A DNA stretch of 64,000 nt from Sediminibacterium sp. (GTDB lineage Bacteria; Bacteroidota; Bacteroidia; Chitinophagales; Chitinophagaceae): NCBI GenBank assembly GCA_036405675.1, contig DASWXD010000004.1, positions 4,766 through 68,765 on the forward strand, written 5' to 3'. The notes beneath the pieces are model-generated. The model was not told the origin of the DNA and ran no database searches. It saw nothing but the letters and a program-made list of their open reading frames with translations. This document shows positions 28,579 through 37,036 of the stretch, piece by piece; the first letter of the stretch is position 1; each line of letters starts with the position of its first letter. Position numbers and translations under genes: made by a program.

Positions 28579-29847
28579 CTAGATTTTCTCCGCCCCGAAA
28601 TAACTATGCAGCACCGCCGGCAATTGGATGCCTTCTGTTGTCTGGTTATTCTCGAGCAGGCAGGCCACAATTCTGGGCAGGGCCAGTGAACTTCCGTTTA
28701 GTGAATGGGTGAGCTGCATTTTACCATCGGCATCTTTGTAACGGCATTTCATGCGGTTGGTCTGGTAGCTTTCAAAATTGCTCACACTGCTCACTTCCAG
28801 CCAGCGTTCCTGTGCGGCGCTGAATACTTCAAAGTCGTAGGTGATGGCACTCGTAAAACCCATATCGCCCCCGCATAAACGCAGGATGCGGTAAGGCAGC
28901 TGTAAAGATTGCAACAGTTTTTCTACATGGTTCACCATTTCATCCAGCACAGCATAACTGGTAGCCGGCTCCACAATCTGGATGATCTCCACTTTCTCGA
29001 ACTGGTGAACACGGTTCAGTCCGCGTACATCTTTTCCAAAACTGCCCGCTTCTCTTCTGAAGCAAGGTGAGTAAGCGGTCATCTTAACAGGCAGTTCCTC
29101 CAGTTTCAAGATGGTATCGCGGTAAATATTGGTTACGGGCACTTCGGCCGTAGGGATCAGGTAAAAATTATCGGCCGTAGCATGGTACATCTGCCCTTCT
29201 TTATCCGGTAACTGTCCGGTGGCAAATGCACTGGCTTCGTTTACCATAAACGGTGGCAGGTATTCGGTGTAACCGGCTGCTGTGTTAAAGTCGAGGAAAT
29301 ACTGTACCAGGGCGCGTTGTAATTTGGCGCCTTTGCCTTTGTACAACGGAAACCCGCTTCCGGTAATTTTGGCACCGGTTTCAAAATCTACCAGGTCGTA
29401 TTGTTTGATCAGGTCCCAATGCGGTACGGATCCTTCGTGTAATACAGGTTTTTGTCCCCCCTCTCTCACCACCACATTCTCTTCCGGCGATTTGCCCTCG
29501 GGTACCTGTTCAGAAGGCAGGTTGGGTAACAATACAATTGTATCCAGCAGTTCTTTTTCAACAACGGCCATTTGTTCTTTCAGGGGTTCCAGTGTGGCTT
29601 TCCAGCTGGCTACATCGGCTTTCAGGGCTTCGGCTCCTTCTTTATTCCCCTGGCCCATCAGTTTCCCGATCTCTTTGGATGCACTGTTTACTTTGGCCTG
29701 GGTACCATCAAAATCGGCCTGCAGTTTTTTCCGGGTATCATCCAGGGCAATGATCGTATCTACCAGTTCCGGCTGTTTAAAATGTTTCACAGCCAGTCTT
29801 TTTTTAACCTCAGCTGTATTGTTGCGCAATACACTCACTTGTAACAT
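28579..29847 (-). CDS. serS: Serine--tRNA ligase
   Basis: LIPTAEVP, FRREAGSFGKDVRGLNRVHQFEKVE, EVSSVSN, LNGSSLA; TATCTTTG promoter at 29872-29865. Confidence 0.98.
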   Translation of the reverse strand: MLQVSVLRNNTAEVKKRLAVKHFKQPELVDTIIALDDTRKKLQADFDGTQAKVNSASKEIGKLMGQGNKEGAEALKADVASWKATLEPLKEQMAVVEKELLDTIVLLPNLPSEQVPEGKSPEENVVVREGGQKPVLHEGSVPHWDLIKQYDLVDFETGAKITGSGFPLYKGKGAKLQRALVQYFLDFNTAAGYTEYLPPFMVNEASAFATGQLPDKEGQMYHATADNFYLIPTAEVPVTNIYRDTILKLEELPVKMTAYSPCFRREAGSFGKDVRGLNRVHQFEKVEIIQIVEPATSYAVLDEMVNHVEKLLQSLQLPYRILRLCGGDMGFTSAITYDFEVFSAAQERWLEVSSVSNFESYQTNRMKCRYKDADGKMQLTHSLNGSSLALPRIVACLLENNQTTEGIQLPAVLHSYFGAEKI

Positions 29848-29924
29848 AAGGGTCCAATTTGCCGCAAAGATAACTTTTGCCGGTTGATGATGGCATGCTT
29901 CCACGGTTTACCTTTGCGGTAATT

Positions 29925-30269
29925 ATGTTTATTTCAGACGATTTACAGCAAAGATGGTGGAACCTGGAGGCCAAACTGGTGGAGCGGTTTGGTAAAAAAC
30001 CCGACCTGGAAGCGGTTTTATTCCTGATCGGTATGCAGGAAACAGGTTTTCTGCAGGAAAAGATCTCCAAAGAACAGAAACAGGACCTGATGCACGTGGC
30101 CGTATGCCGGGTGCTCAGCCAGAGTGGTTATTATATACTGGAAGGCAATGATGAAGAAGGCTGGCCCCATTACAAACAGGTAAAAGAATTACCCGTAATG
30201 GTTTTGCCGGAGCAGGAGAACTTTATCAAAGACCATGTGTTGCTGTATTTTGAGCAGCAGGGGTTTTAG
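29925..30269 (+). CDS. Hypothetical protein
   Basis: KPDLEAVLFLIGMQE...KQDLMHVAVC...GWPHY; TACCTTTG promoter at 29909. Confidence 0.8.
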   Translation: MFISDDLQQRWWNLEAKLVERFGKKPDLEAVLFLIGMQETGFLQEKISKEQKQDLMHVAVCRVLSQSGYYILEGNDEEGWPHYKQVKELPVMVLPEQENFIKDHVLLYFEQQGF

Positions 30270-30379
30270 GAGTTAATAGTTAAAAGTCTATAGTTAATAG
30301 TGGGAAGCAGGTAAAGTGTATGTACTTCAACCTGCCCGTTTTTCCCTTTTAACTATTAACTTTTCACTCTTTAAACTCC
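30270..30379. repeat. Inverted repeat of AGTTAAT-type heptamers around an inner hairpin (family C)
   Basis: AGTTAAT AGTTAAA AGTCTAT AGTTAAT ... TTTAACT ATTAACT TTTCACT; inner GCAGGT/ACCTGC stem. Confidence 0.8.
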
Positions 30380-30436
30380 ATTATTTAATTTCTCAACCGT
30401 TTTTTATCTAATATTTGCAATACTAAAACTTACGTT

Positions 30437-30814
30437 ATGAATTTCCCAGCAGATGTTCGCTACACCAAAGACCATGAATGGATTCGCCTGGATGGCAATG
30501 TTGCCACTATTGGTATCACTGATTTTGCCCAGCATGAGTTGGGGGATATTGTGTATGTAGACATCAATACCATTGGCCAGACCCTGTCAGCCGAAGGTCT
30601 TTTTGGTACTGTAGAAGCGGTAAAAACCGTTAGCGACCTGTTTCTGCCGGTAGCGGGAACCGTATTAGAAGCCAATCCTTTGCTGGAAAAACAGCCCGAA
30701 CTGGTTAATACAGATCCGTATGGCGATGGCTGGATGATCAAGCTGACTGTCAGTGATCCGGCTTCCGTATCTGCCTTGATGGATAGTGCCGCTTATGCAG
30801 CTTTAGTGGGATAA
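30437..30814 (+). CDS. gcvH: Glycine cleavage system H protein
   Basis: [29 protein letters not shown] lipoyl-Lys, NTDPYGDGW. Confidence 0.97.
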   Translation: MNFPADVRYTKDHEWIRLDGNVATIGITDFAQHELGDIVYVDINTIGQTLSAEGLFGTVEAVKTVSDLFLPVAGTVLEANPLLEKQPELVNTDPYGDGWMIKLTVSDPASVSALMDSAAYAALVG

Positions 30815-30868
30815 AACCAGGGAACCCAATCTTTCGTATATCCAATATCAACCTTAGTAAACCTGCTT

Positions 30869-31411
30869 TTGGAAGTAGTTAAAAAATACAGCGAACCGGA
30901 ATTGGTACAGCTGCTCCGGCAACGGAGTCAGTCTGCCTTTGGGTACCTGTATGATAATTATTCAGGTGCCCTGCTTTCCATCATTCTGAATATTGTGAAC
31001 GAGGAAGAACTGGCCAATGATGTATTGCAGGAGGTTTTTGTGAAGATCTGGAAGCAGATTGAGAGTTACGACAGCAGCAAAGGACGCCTGTTTACCTGGA
31101 TGCTCAATATTGCCCGCAACGCTTCTATAGATACGGTGCGCAGCAAAAGCTTCCAGAACAGCCGGCAAAACCGGGAATTAACAGAAGACGTATATACAGC
31201 AGGAGGGGTTACCGAAACCCGGACAGATCAGATCGGATTAAGAAAAATGGTACACAGTCTGAAGGAAGAATACAGGGTATTGGTGGAATTATCTTATTTC
31301 CAGGGTTTTACCCAGGATGAGATCGCCAAAATGCTGGAGATTCCGTTAGGAACAGTAAAAACGCGGTTACGGGCCGCATTAACACAATTAAGAGAAATTA
31401 TTAAACCATAA
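30869..31411 (+). CDS. ECF sigma-70 factor (SigK-like)
   Basis: AFGYLYDNYSGAL, GRLFTWMLNIARN, PLGTVKTRLRAA. Confidence 0.93.
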   Translation: MEVVKKYSEPELVQLLRQRSQSAFGYLYDNYSGALLSIILNIVNEEELANDVLQEVFVKIWKQIESYDSSKGRLFTWMLNIARNASIDTVRSKSFQNSRQNRELTEDVYTAGGVTETRTDQIGLRKMVHSLKEEYRVLVELSYFQGFTQDEIAKMLEIPLGTVKTRLRAALTQLREIIKP

Positions 31412-31412
31412 A

Positions 31413-32186
31413 GTGGATATCAAGGCTTACATAGAAAGTGGCGTGATCGAAAGCTATGTCTTAGGCATGGCCGATGCACAGGAAGCTGCCGAACTGGAAC
31501 AGCTGAGCCGTCAGCATCCTGAAATCAGGAAAGCGATAGACGAGTTCGAAGCTGCGCTGGAACAGCAGGCCCTGGCTACTGCCGTTGTGCCCGCTCCCCG
31601 TGTAAAAGAACAGCTTTTGGCTGAACTTGATTTTGAGAAAAAGAATCAAAAAGCGGTGGTGATAGGATGGAGCCGCTATCTGGCTGCGGCTTCTGTGATA
31701 CTGCTGGTAGTGAGTGCTTCCCTGAATGTATATTTCTACAAACAGTTTAGTTCTGCCAATACTGCTTACCAGGCATTACTGATCGAAAAAACCAGCCTGC
31801 TCTCAGATAACCAGCAAACCCAGACCAAACTGCTGGACCTCTACAGCAATATGCAGATGATGAGCGATCCATCCATGATCAAAGTATCCATGCCCGGTGT
31901 AGCCGGTAAGGAGAACAGCCTGGCTACTGTTTTCTGGGATAGTAAATCGAGAGACGTTTACCTCCTGCCTAATAAATTACCTGAAGCCGCCGCCGGCAAA
32001 CAATACCAGTTATGGGCCATTGTAGACGGCAAACCGGTAGATGCCGGCGTAATAGATGCCTGTGCCGGATTGTGTAAGATGAAAAATATCCCTGCCGCTT
32101 CCATGTTTGCTATTACCCTCGAGAACAAAGGTGGCAGTGCCGCCCCTACCCTGGATCAGATGTATGTAGCGGGAAAAGTAGGATAA
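31413..32186 (+). CDS. Anti-sigma factor (RskA family)
   Basis: YIESGVIESYVLG, TM segment, KQYQLWAIVDGKPVDAG, AFAITLE-like MFAITLE...PTL. Confidence 0.9.
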   Translation: MDIKAYIESGVIESYVLGMADAQEAAELEQLSRQHPEIRKAIDEFEAALEQQALATAVVPAPRVKEQLLAELDFEKKNQKAVVIGWSRYLAAASVILLVVSASLNVYFYKQFSSANTAYQALLIEKTSLLSDNQQTQTKLLDLYSNMQMMSDPSMIKVSMPGVAGKENSLATVFWDSKSRDVYLLPNKLPEAAAGKQYQLWAIVDGKPVDAGVIDACAGLCKMKNIPAASMFAITLENKGGSAAPTLDQMYVAGKVG

Positions 32187-32335
32187 GAGAACAATATTCC
32201 GATATTAATGTGAAGCCGCAGCATGTGATTTCAACTGAAATCTTTGTACTGCGGCTTCTTCTTTTGTAATAATCGCTGATTAACATAGTATATGTAAAAA
32301 AATGGCTTACTTGCCTCCCTAAACAGTAGCCTTAC

Positions 32336-32716
32336 TTGAAAATCATTCGTTTCCTTCCTACCATTGGTTGGTTTATACTAAGTATTATTTTATTAACCTT
32401 ACCGGGTTCTGCCGTTCCCAGTTATCCCTGGCTGGCTACGATTCATGCAGACAAATGGGTACATATCGGGCTTTTTGGCATGCTTTGCCTGTTAAGTATG
32501 CTGCCATTTCGTGCAAGCAGTTATAACAATAAACAAAGAAAGAAATGGTTCCTGTTGATTACGTTTGGCGGGATTCTCTATGGTATTTTGATGGAGTTTG
32601 TACAGGAAAACTGGGTCATTAACCGCTCTTTTGAATACAGTGATATTCTGGCCGATACAGCGGGCTGCGTGCTTGCCTATTATATCAGCCTCCGGAAGTT
32701 TTTGGTGAAGGGGTAG
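32336..32716 (+). CDS. VanZ family protein
   Basis: ADKWVHIGLF, GILMEFVQ, NRSFEYSDILADTAG. Confidence 0.88.
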   Translation: MKIIRFLPTIGWFILSIILLTLPGSAVPSYPWLATIHADKWVHIGLFGMLCLLSMLPFRASSYNNKQRKKWFLLITFGGILYGILMEFVQENWVINRSFEYSDILADTAGCVLAYYISLRKFLVKG

Positions 32717-32747
32717 AAAAAAATTGGTCCCGATAGAAATCGGGACC
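32717..32747 (-). terminator. Intrinsic terminator at the 3' end of the cbb3 locus or of a small RNA
   Basis: Minus strand GGTCCCGAT-ttct-ATCGGGACC-aa-T7. Confidence 0.8.
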
Positions 32748-32979
32748 GCAACCAAAACTAACTGCTTATGAGAAAAATGTAAACTTGTTTCTGTTTTCTA
32801 TTCTTATTAACGCAAATCCTGTGCCGCCGGTTTTTTCTGTTCTGTTAAACTCTGTTAAACCTTTTCTACCGGCTATTTCTTACGTAGATACAGGATTTTT
32901 ATTGCCTGTTGCCTGAAGCAAAGTTCTATGTAATAGATACAATAAAATGTCAATGGTTTAACAATGAAATGTTAAAGCA

Positions 32980-33687
32980 CTAATGACAGGAAATGCCATC
33001 CTGCGAATGATTGTGCAGGTAAGGACTTATATAGGGGATATTCAGATTCAGTCCTCTGAGGATCAATAAAATACCCATTGTAAACAAAACATAAGGAACT
33101 GCTTTCTTCATGGCATTGCGTGCAGCCATACCGATCATACTGCCAAAAAAAGAGAGGGCGAACATGGCAGGCAAAGTGCCAAAACCGAAAGCGGCCATAA
33201 AGAGAACTCCCCCTTCTACCGTACCTGCTGCCAGCGCACCGGTGATAGCGAAGTATACCATGCCGCAGGGTAATAAACCATTGGCGGCACCTAATACAAA
33301 CATGCCATACAATTTACGTTGCTGCATATAGCGGGCAATAAATCGTTGTAAAGCCTGTGTAAACTTTTCTGTCCAGCGTACTCGGAATAATTTCTTAGGT
33401 AACAAAGATCCCAGTAATGTAAAAAGAATCAGGGCGCCGAGAAAAACAGAAAAACCCTGCTGCATACCACCGAGGTACACCTGGCGGCCTACAAATCCAA
33501 ACAAAAGTCCCAGTAAAGAGTAAGTAACAATACGACCGAAATTATAGAGAAAGATCCCGAGTGCTTTTTGTGGTTTAGGCAGATAATGAACCGGCAGCGA
33601 AAATGCGATAGGTCCACACATACCCACGCAGTGAAAACTACTCACAGCGCCCAGTACAAAACCTGTTATCAGCAATTGCCCGTACAT
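32980..33687 (-). CDS. Sulfite exporter TauE/SafE (DsbD_2) family protein of the cbb3 assembly locus
   Basis: SSFHCVGMCGPI, NGLLPCGMVY. Confidence 0.9.
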   Translation of the reverse strand: MYGQLLITGFVLGAVSSFHCVGMCGPIAFSLPVHYLPKPQKALGIFLYNFGRIVTYSLLGLLFGFVGRQVYLGGMQQGFSVFLGALILFTLLGSLLPKKLFRVRWTEKFTQALQRFIARYMQQRKLYGMFVLGAANGLLPCGMVYFAITGALAAGTVEGGVLFMAAFGFGTLPAMFALSFFGSMIGMAARNAMKKAVPYVLFTMGILLILRGLNLNIPYISPYLHNHSQDGISCH

Positions 33688-33691
33688 CTGG

Positions 33692-34129
33692 TTAGTTCAC
33701 ATTTACAATCTGTTCGGTATAATATTTCTGATCGCCGGCCTGCCAGTTCAGTTTTAATTCATAGGTGGTTCCCTTGGCAAGCTGGTTTTTTAAAATCAAT
33801 TGTTTACCACTTGTATCAACAGACAAAGCAATTTTCCGGTCGCGCACCGCGTCTGTTTTACAGTAAAACCAGGCTTCGCCTTCTACTTTTACTCCTTTCA
33901 TTTCATCCGGCAACCCGATGGTGAGGGCGTCAGCATCCTGTGTAACAGCTACTTTACCAATCAGGGCAGCATTGTTTCTGCCATCGATCCTGTCCTGGTA
34001 ACGCAATTCATCTTTATAATAGTCTTTGCTGACCAGTTCAAACTTTGTATTCACTGCCTTGTATACCAATGTGGCCATTAATATCGCAAACAGAATAAAA
34101 ACAACCACCAGTTTATTGCCCCAGTTCAT
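33692..34129 (-). CDS. fixH: FixH/CcoH family protein
   Basis: MNWGNKL, LVSKDYYKDELRYQ; position in the cco operon. Confidence 0.88.
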   Translation of the reverse strand: MNWGNKLVVVFILFAILMATLVYKAVNTKFELVSKDYYKDELRYQDRIDGRNNAALIGKVAVTQDADALTIGLPDEMKGVKVEGEAWFYCKTDAVRDRKIALSVDTSGKQLILKNQLAKGTTYELKLNWQAGDQKYYTEQIVNVN

Positions 34130-34148
34130 GTATTTAGTTTTAAATGGA

Positions 34149-35561
34149 TTAATTGGCCGGACCCAGAAAATTGGTCTTCAGCGAAGCTACTTTCTTATCA
34201 GCGATATACAGTCCCAGTTTCAATTCTGTTTTCCGGTTATGTATGCGGGAAGTAGGTAACACCACAAAAAAAGATCCGGAACCCTGGCCTTCTTTCTCTA
34301 CTGGAATATAGGGTTTGCCGATAATTTCTACCTTACCGTTACCATCTTCCAGCCTTACCTCTACATGTGCCGGTTCAACGGTTTTGTTTACCATTTTGAT
34401 ATTGTAGAGATTGGAGATACTATCAGTACCACGCTCCTGGTACAGAATTCCGGGTGTTCGCATAATAGTAGCATCAATATCCACACGGGTTAGCAGCAAT
34501 ACAGTAAGGATGCATAATACAAACGCACATAACCCGGTATAGAACTTCATACGGGTAGTATAATGCAGCGGTTCGCCATTGGCGATGGAGTTTTCCGAAG
34601 CGTAGCGGATCAGTCCGCGTGGCCTGTCTAATTTATCCATGATGCTGTTACAGGCATCTATACAGGCGGTGCAGCCCACACATTCCATTTGCACCCCATC
34701 CCGGATATCGATACCCGTAGGGCATACTTTTACGCACAGATGGCAATCGATACAATCGCCTAAATGCTCATCATGTGTTTTTTTGGCATTTCCTCTGGGT
34801 TCGCCACGCTTGTAATCGTAAGCTACGATCATAGAGTTCTTATCCAGCAATACACTCTGTAAACGACCGTAAGGGCAAACCACGGTACAAGCCTGTTCTC
34901 TGAAGAAAGCATATACGGCATAAAACACGCCGCTGAAAACAAGGATTGAGGAAAAGCCTACAATATGCTGGCTAACCGGTTCCGTAATAATCTTCTCCAG
35001 TTCTTTTATACCTATGATGTAGGCCAGAAAAAAGTTGGCAATCACAAAAGATAACAGATAAAAGACCACATGTTTCAATGCCACTTTGGTGATCTTAGCG
35101 GGTGTCCACGGTGCATTTTGCAGCATTTTTTGTGCAGGGGCATCGCCCAGTATCAGGAACTCCACTTTACGGTACATCATTTCCATAAAGTTGGTCTGGG
35201 GACAGGCCCAACCGCAGAATAAACGGCCAAATGCAGCAGTGAACAGGATAATAAAGAACACGAATGTGATCATCGTGATACCGAAGATGAAAAAATCCTG
35301 TGGCCAGAAAATTTTTCCGAACAGAATAAATTTCGCTTCGGGGATATTGAACATAAATAGAGGCCGCCCATTGATATGTACAAAGGGCAGCCCGAAGAAT
35401 ACAATAAAATAGAGGGCACTTAACCAGCTGCGGATATTGTAAAATTTTCCTTTGGGTTTATGTGCGTAGATCCATTTCCGCTTACCACTTTCGTCTACTG
35501 TTGCAATTCTGTCGCGGAAACTTTCTGTTAACGGCTCGTTGGTATGTTTGATCTCACTCAT
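34149..35561 (-). CDS. ccoG: Cytochrome c oxidase accessory protein CcoG
   Basis: GRLFCGWACPQT, CPYGRLQ, CIDCHLCVKVCP, CVGCTACIDAC. Confidence 0.96.
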   Translation of the reverse strand: MSEIKHTNEPLTESFRDRIATVDESGKRKWIYAHKPKGKFYNIRSWLSALYFIVFFGLPFVHINGRPLFMFNIPEAKFILFGKIFWPQDFFIFGITMITFVFFIILFTAAFGRLFCGWACPQTNFMEMMYRKVEFLILGDAPAQKMLQNAPWTPAKITKVALKHVVFYLLSFVIANFFLAYIIGIKELEKIITEPVSQHIVGFSSILVFSGVFYAVYAFFREQACTVVCPYGRLQSVLLDKNSMIVAYDYKRGEPRGNAKKTHDEHLGDCIDCHLCVKVCPTGIDIRDGVQMECVGCTACIDACNSIMDKLDRPRGLIRYASENSIANGEPLHYTTRMKFYTGLCAFVLCILTVLLLTRVDIDATIMRTPGILYQERGTDSISNLYNIKMVNKTVEPAHVEVRLEDGNGKVEIIGKPYIPVEKEGQGSGSFFVVLPTSRIHNRKTELKLGLYIADKKVASLKTNFLGPAN

Positions 35562-35579
35562 CTTATCTGTTAACCGCTG

Positions 35580-36782
35580 TTATTTTTTGTCAACGGTTGC
35601 TTTCGCAGAATCACCCGCTGCAGGTGCCGGTGTTGCTGCATTCTCTTCATACACGGTACCCTGTGCTTCTTTCGGTTTGGCCGGTTTGGTACCTTTTAAT
35701 GATTTTACATAACTGGCCACTTGTGCGATCTGCACCGGAGAATAATCATCCTGCCAGCTCTTCATCCCTTTTTCGGGCCAGCCATATTTAATGGTTTTAA
35801 AAATGTCTTTGATACTGCCTCCATGAATCCAGAACTCATCAGTCAGGTTGGGACCTACTGAACCACCGCCGTCTGCCTGGTGACAGGCCGCACATACCGT
35901 GGTAAACACTTTTTTACCGGCTTCCAGCGAAGCTGCATCTGACAGGTAAGTTACGGTATTCTCATCTACCTTATTGGCAGATTTTTTCAGGTATTCTTCC
36001 TTTTCAGCAGCGGCGGTTGTCATGGCTATCTGCAACTCTTCCTGTGGTAAGGGAGCACTATGTGCTACGTGATAACGATAGATATAGATACCCGCAAAAA
36101 TGATACACAGATAAAATCCATATAACCACCATGGCGGCAAACGGTTATCCAGTTCACGGATACCATCGTAGTCGTGCCCAAGGTCGATATTGGCTTCTTC
36201 CTGAATTGGGCGGAGGCTATTGAATTTATCCCACCATGCACTCCAGCTGAAAGCGGGTTTGTGCGTTTCTCCTGCGAGAACAGCTGCTGCTTTTTCTTTT
36301 GCCAGCAATAATTTTAAATTATACAGCAGTGTAAAAAGTATGATCAGCTCAATCAGAATCACAAAAATCAAAGCATAAAAAGATGTAGCTGACAGGCCGC
36401 CGTAATGATCAACTGCAGGTGCAGCAACGGAAGCGGCAGCAGCTGCATCCTGTGCAAACATAGGCGTACTGAGGAGGCAGAGGGCCAGCAGACTGAGTAA
36501 TTTACCCGGACCACTTGCTGCATTTTTGGCGTCTTTGTAGCGCTGCAGGTATAGCTGTGCGGCTCCCATCACCACATTGGCCAGTAAGGCAATGATCAGT
36601 AAAAGACCGATGATGATGAATATCAGTACCTGTGCCATGGGTTTAGACATTTCGGAAGGTACCGGTGGACCGGCGGCAAATGCGCCGGATGGGAAAGCGA
36701 AGAGCAATACCATCATCGTGGCCAGCAGATATCCGCTATATCTTTTTACAGAAGATCGTTTCATATCAGATGTTTTAAACAT
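35580..36782 (-). CDS. ccoP: cbb3-type cytochrome c oxidase subunit III (single heme, extended N-terminus)
   Basis: HDYDGIRELDNRLPPWW, one CAACH, GPNLTD, GMKSW. Confidence 0.93.
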   Translation of the reverse strand: MFKTSDMKRSSVKRYSGYLLATMMVLLFAFPSGAFAAGPPVPSEMSKPMAQVLIFIIIGLLLIIALLANVVMGAAQLYLQRYKDAKNAASGPGKLLSLLALCLLSTPMFAQDAAAAASVAAPAVDHYGGLSATSFYALIFVILIELIILFTLLYNLKLLLAKEKAAAVLAGETHKPAFSWSAWWDKFNSLRPIQEEANIDLGHDYDGIRELDNRLPPWWLYGFYLCIIFAGIYIYRYHVAHSAPLPQEELQIAMTTAAAEKEEYLKKSANKVDENTVTYLSDAASLEAGKKVFTTVCAACHQADGGGSVGPNLTDEFWIHGGSIKDIFKTIKYGWPEKGMKSWQDDYSPVQIAQVASYVKSLKGTKPAKPKEAQGTVYEENAATPAPAAGDSAKATVDKK

Positions 36783-36794
36783 AATTCAGGTTAG

Positions 36795-36956
36795 TTAATT
36801 TTCTAAAGGGATACGGCTGATTTCCTCGATCATTTTTTTATCTGCCTTCCATACCCACAATAACATCAGCATAAAAAAAACAAAGAAGATCGAAAAAGAA
36901 CTGAGCGCATACACATCAACGCCGGTGATCTTTTCTAAATAGTTGATGAATTTCAT
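36795..36956 (-). CDS. ccoQ: cbb3-type cytochrome c oxidase subunit CcoQ
   Basis: MKFINYLEKITGV...FFVFF...IPLEN; ATG at 36956. Confidence 0.85.
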   Translation of the reverse strand: MKFINYLEKITGVDVYALSSFSIFFVFFMLMLLWVWKADKKMIEEISRIPLEN

Positions 36957-36970
36957 AATAGTTGTTTTTG

Positions 36971-37036
36971 CGTGAGCGGTAAGTAGTGAGCAGTGAGTCA
37001 TTCTTTTCCAACTCACTGCTCACCACTCACTACTAC
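36971..37036. repeat. Inverted repeat of NGTGAGY heptamers (family D, copy 1) inside the cco operon
   Basis: CGTGAGC GGTAAGT AGTGAGC AGTGAGT - 12 nt - ACTCACT GCTCACC ACTCACT. Confidence 0.9.
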
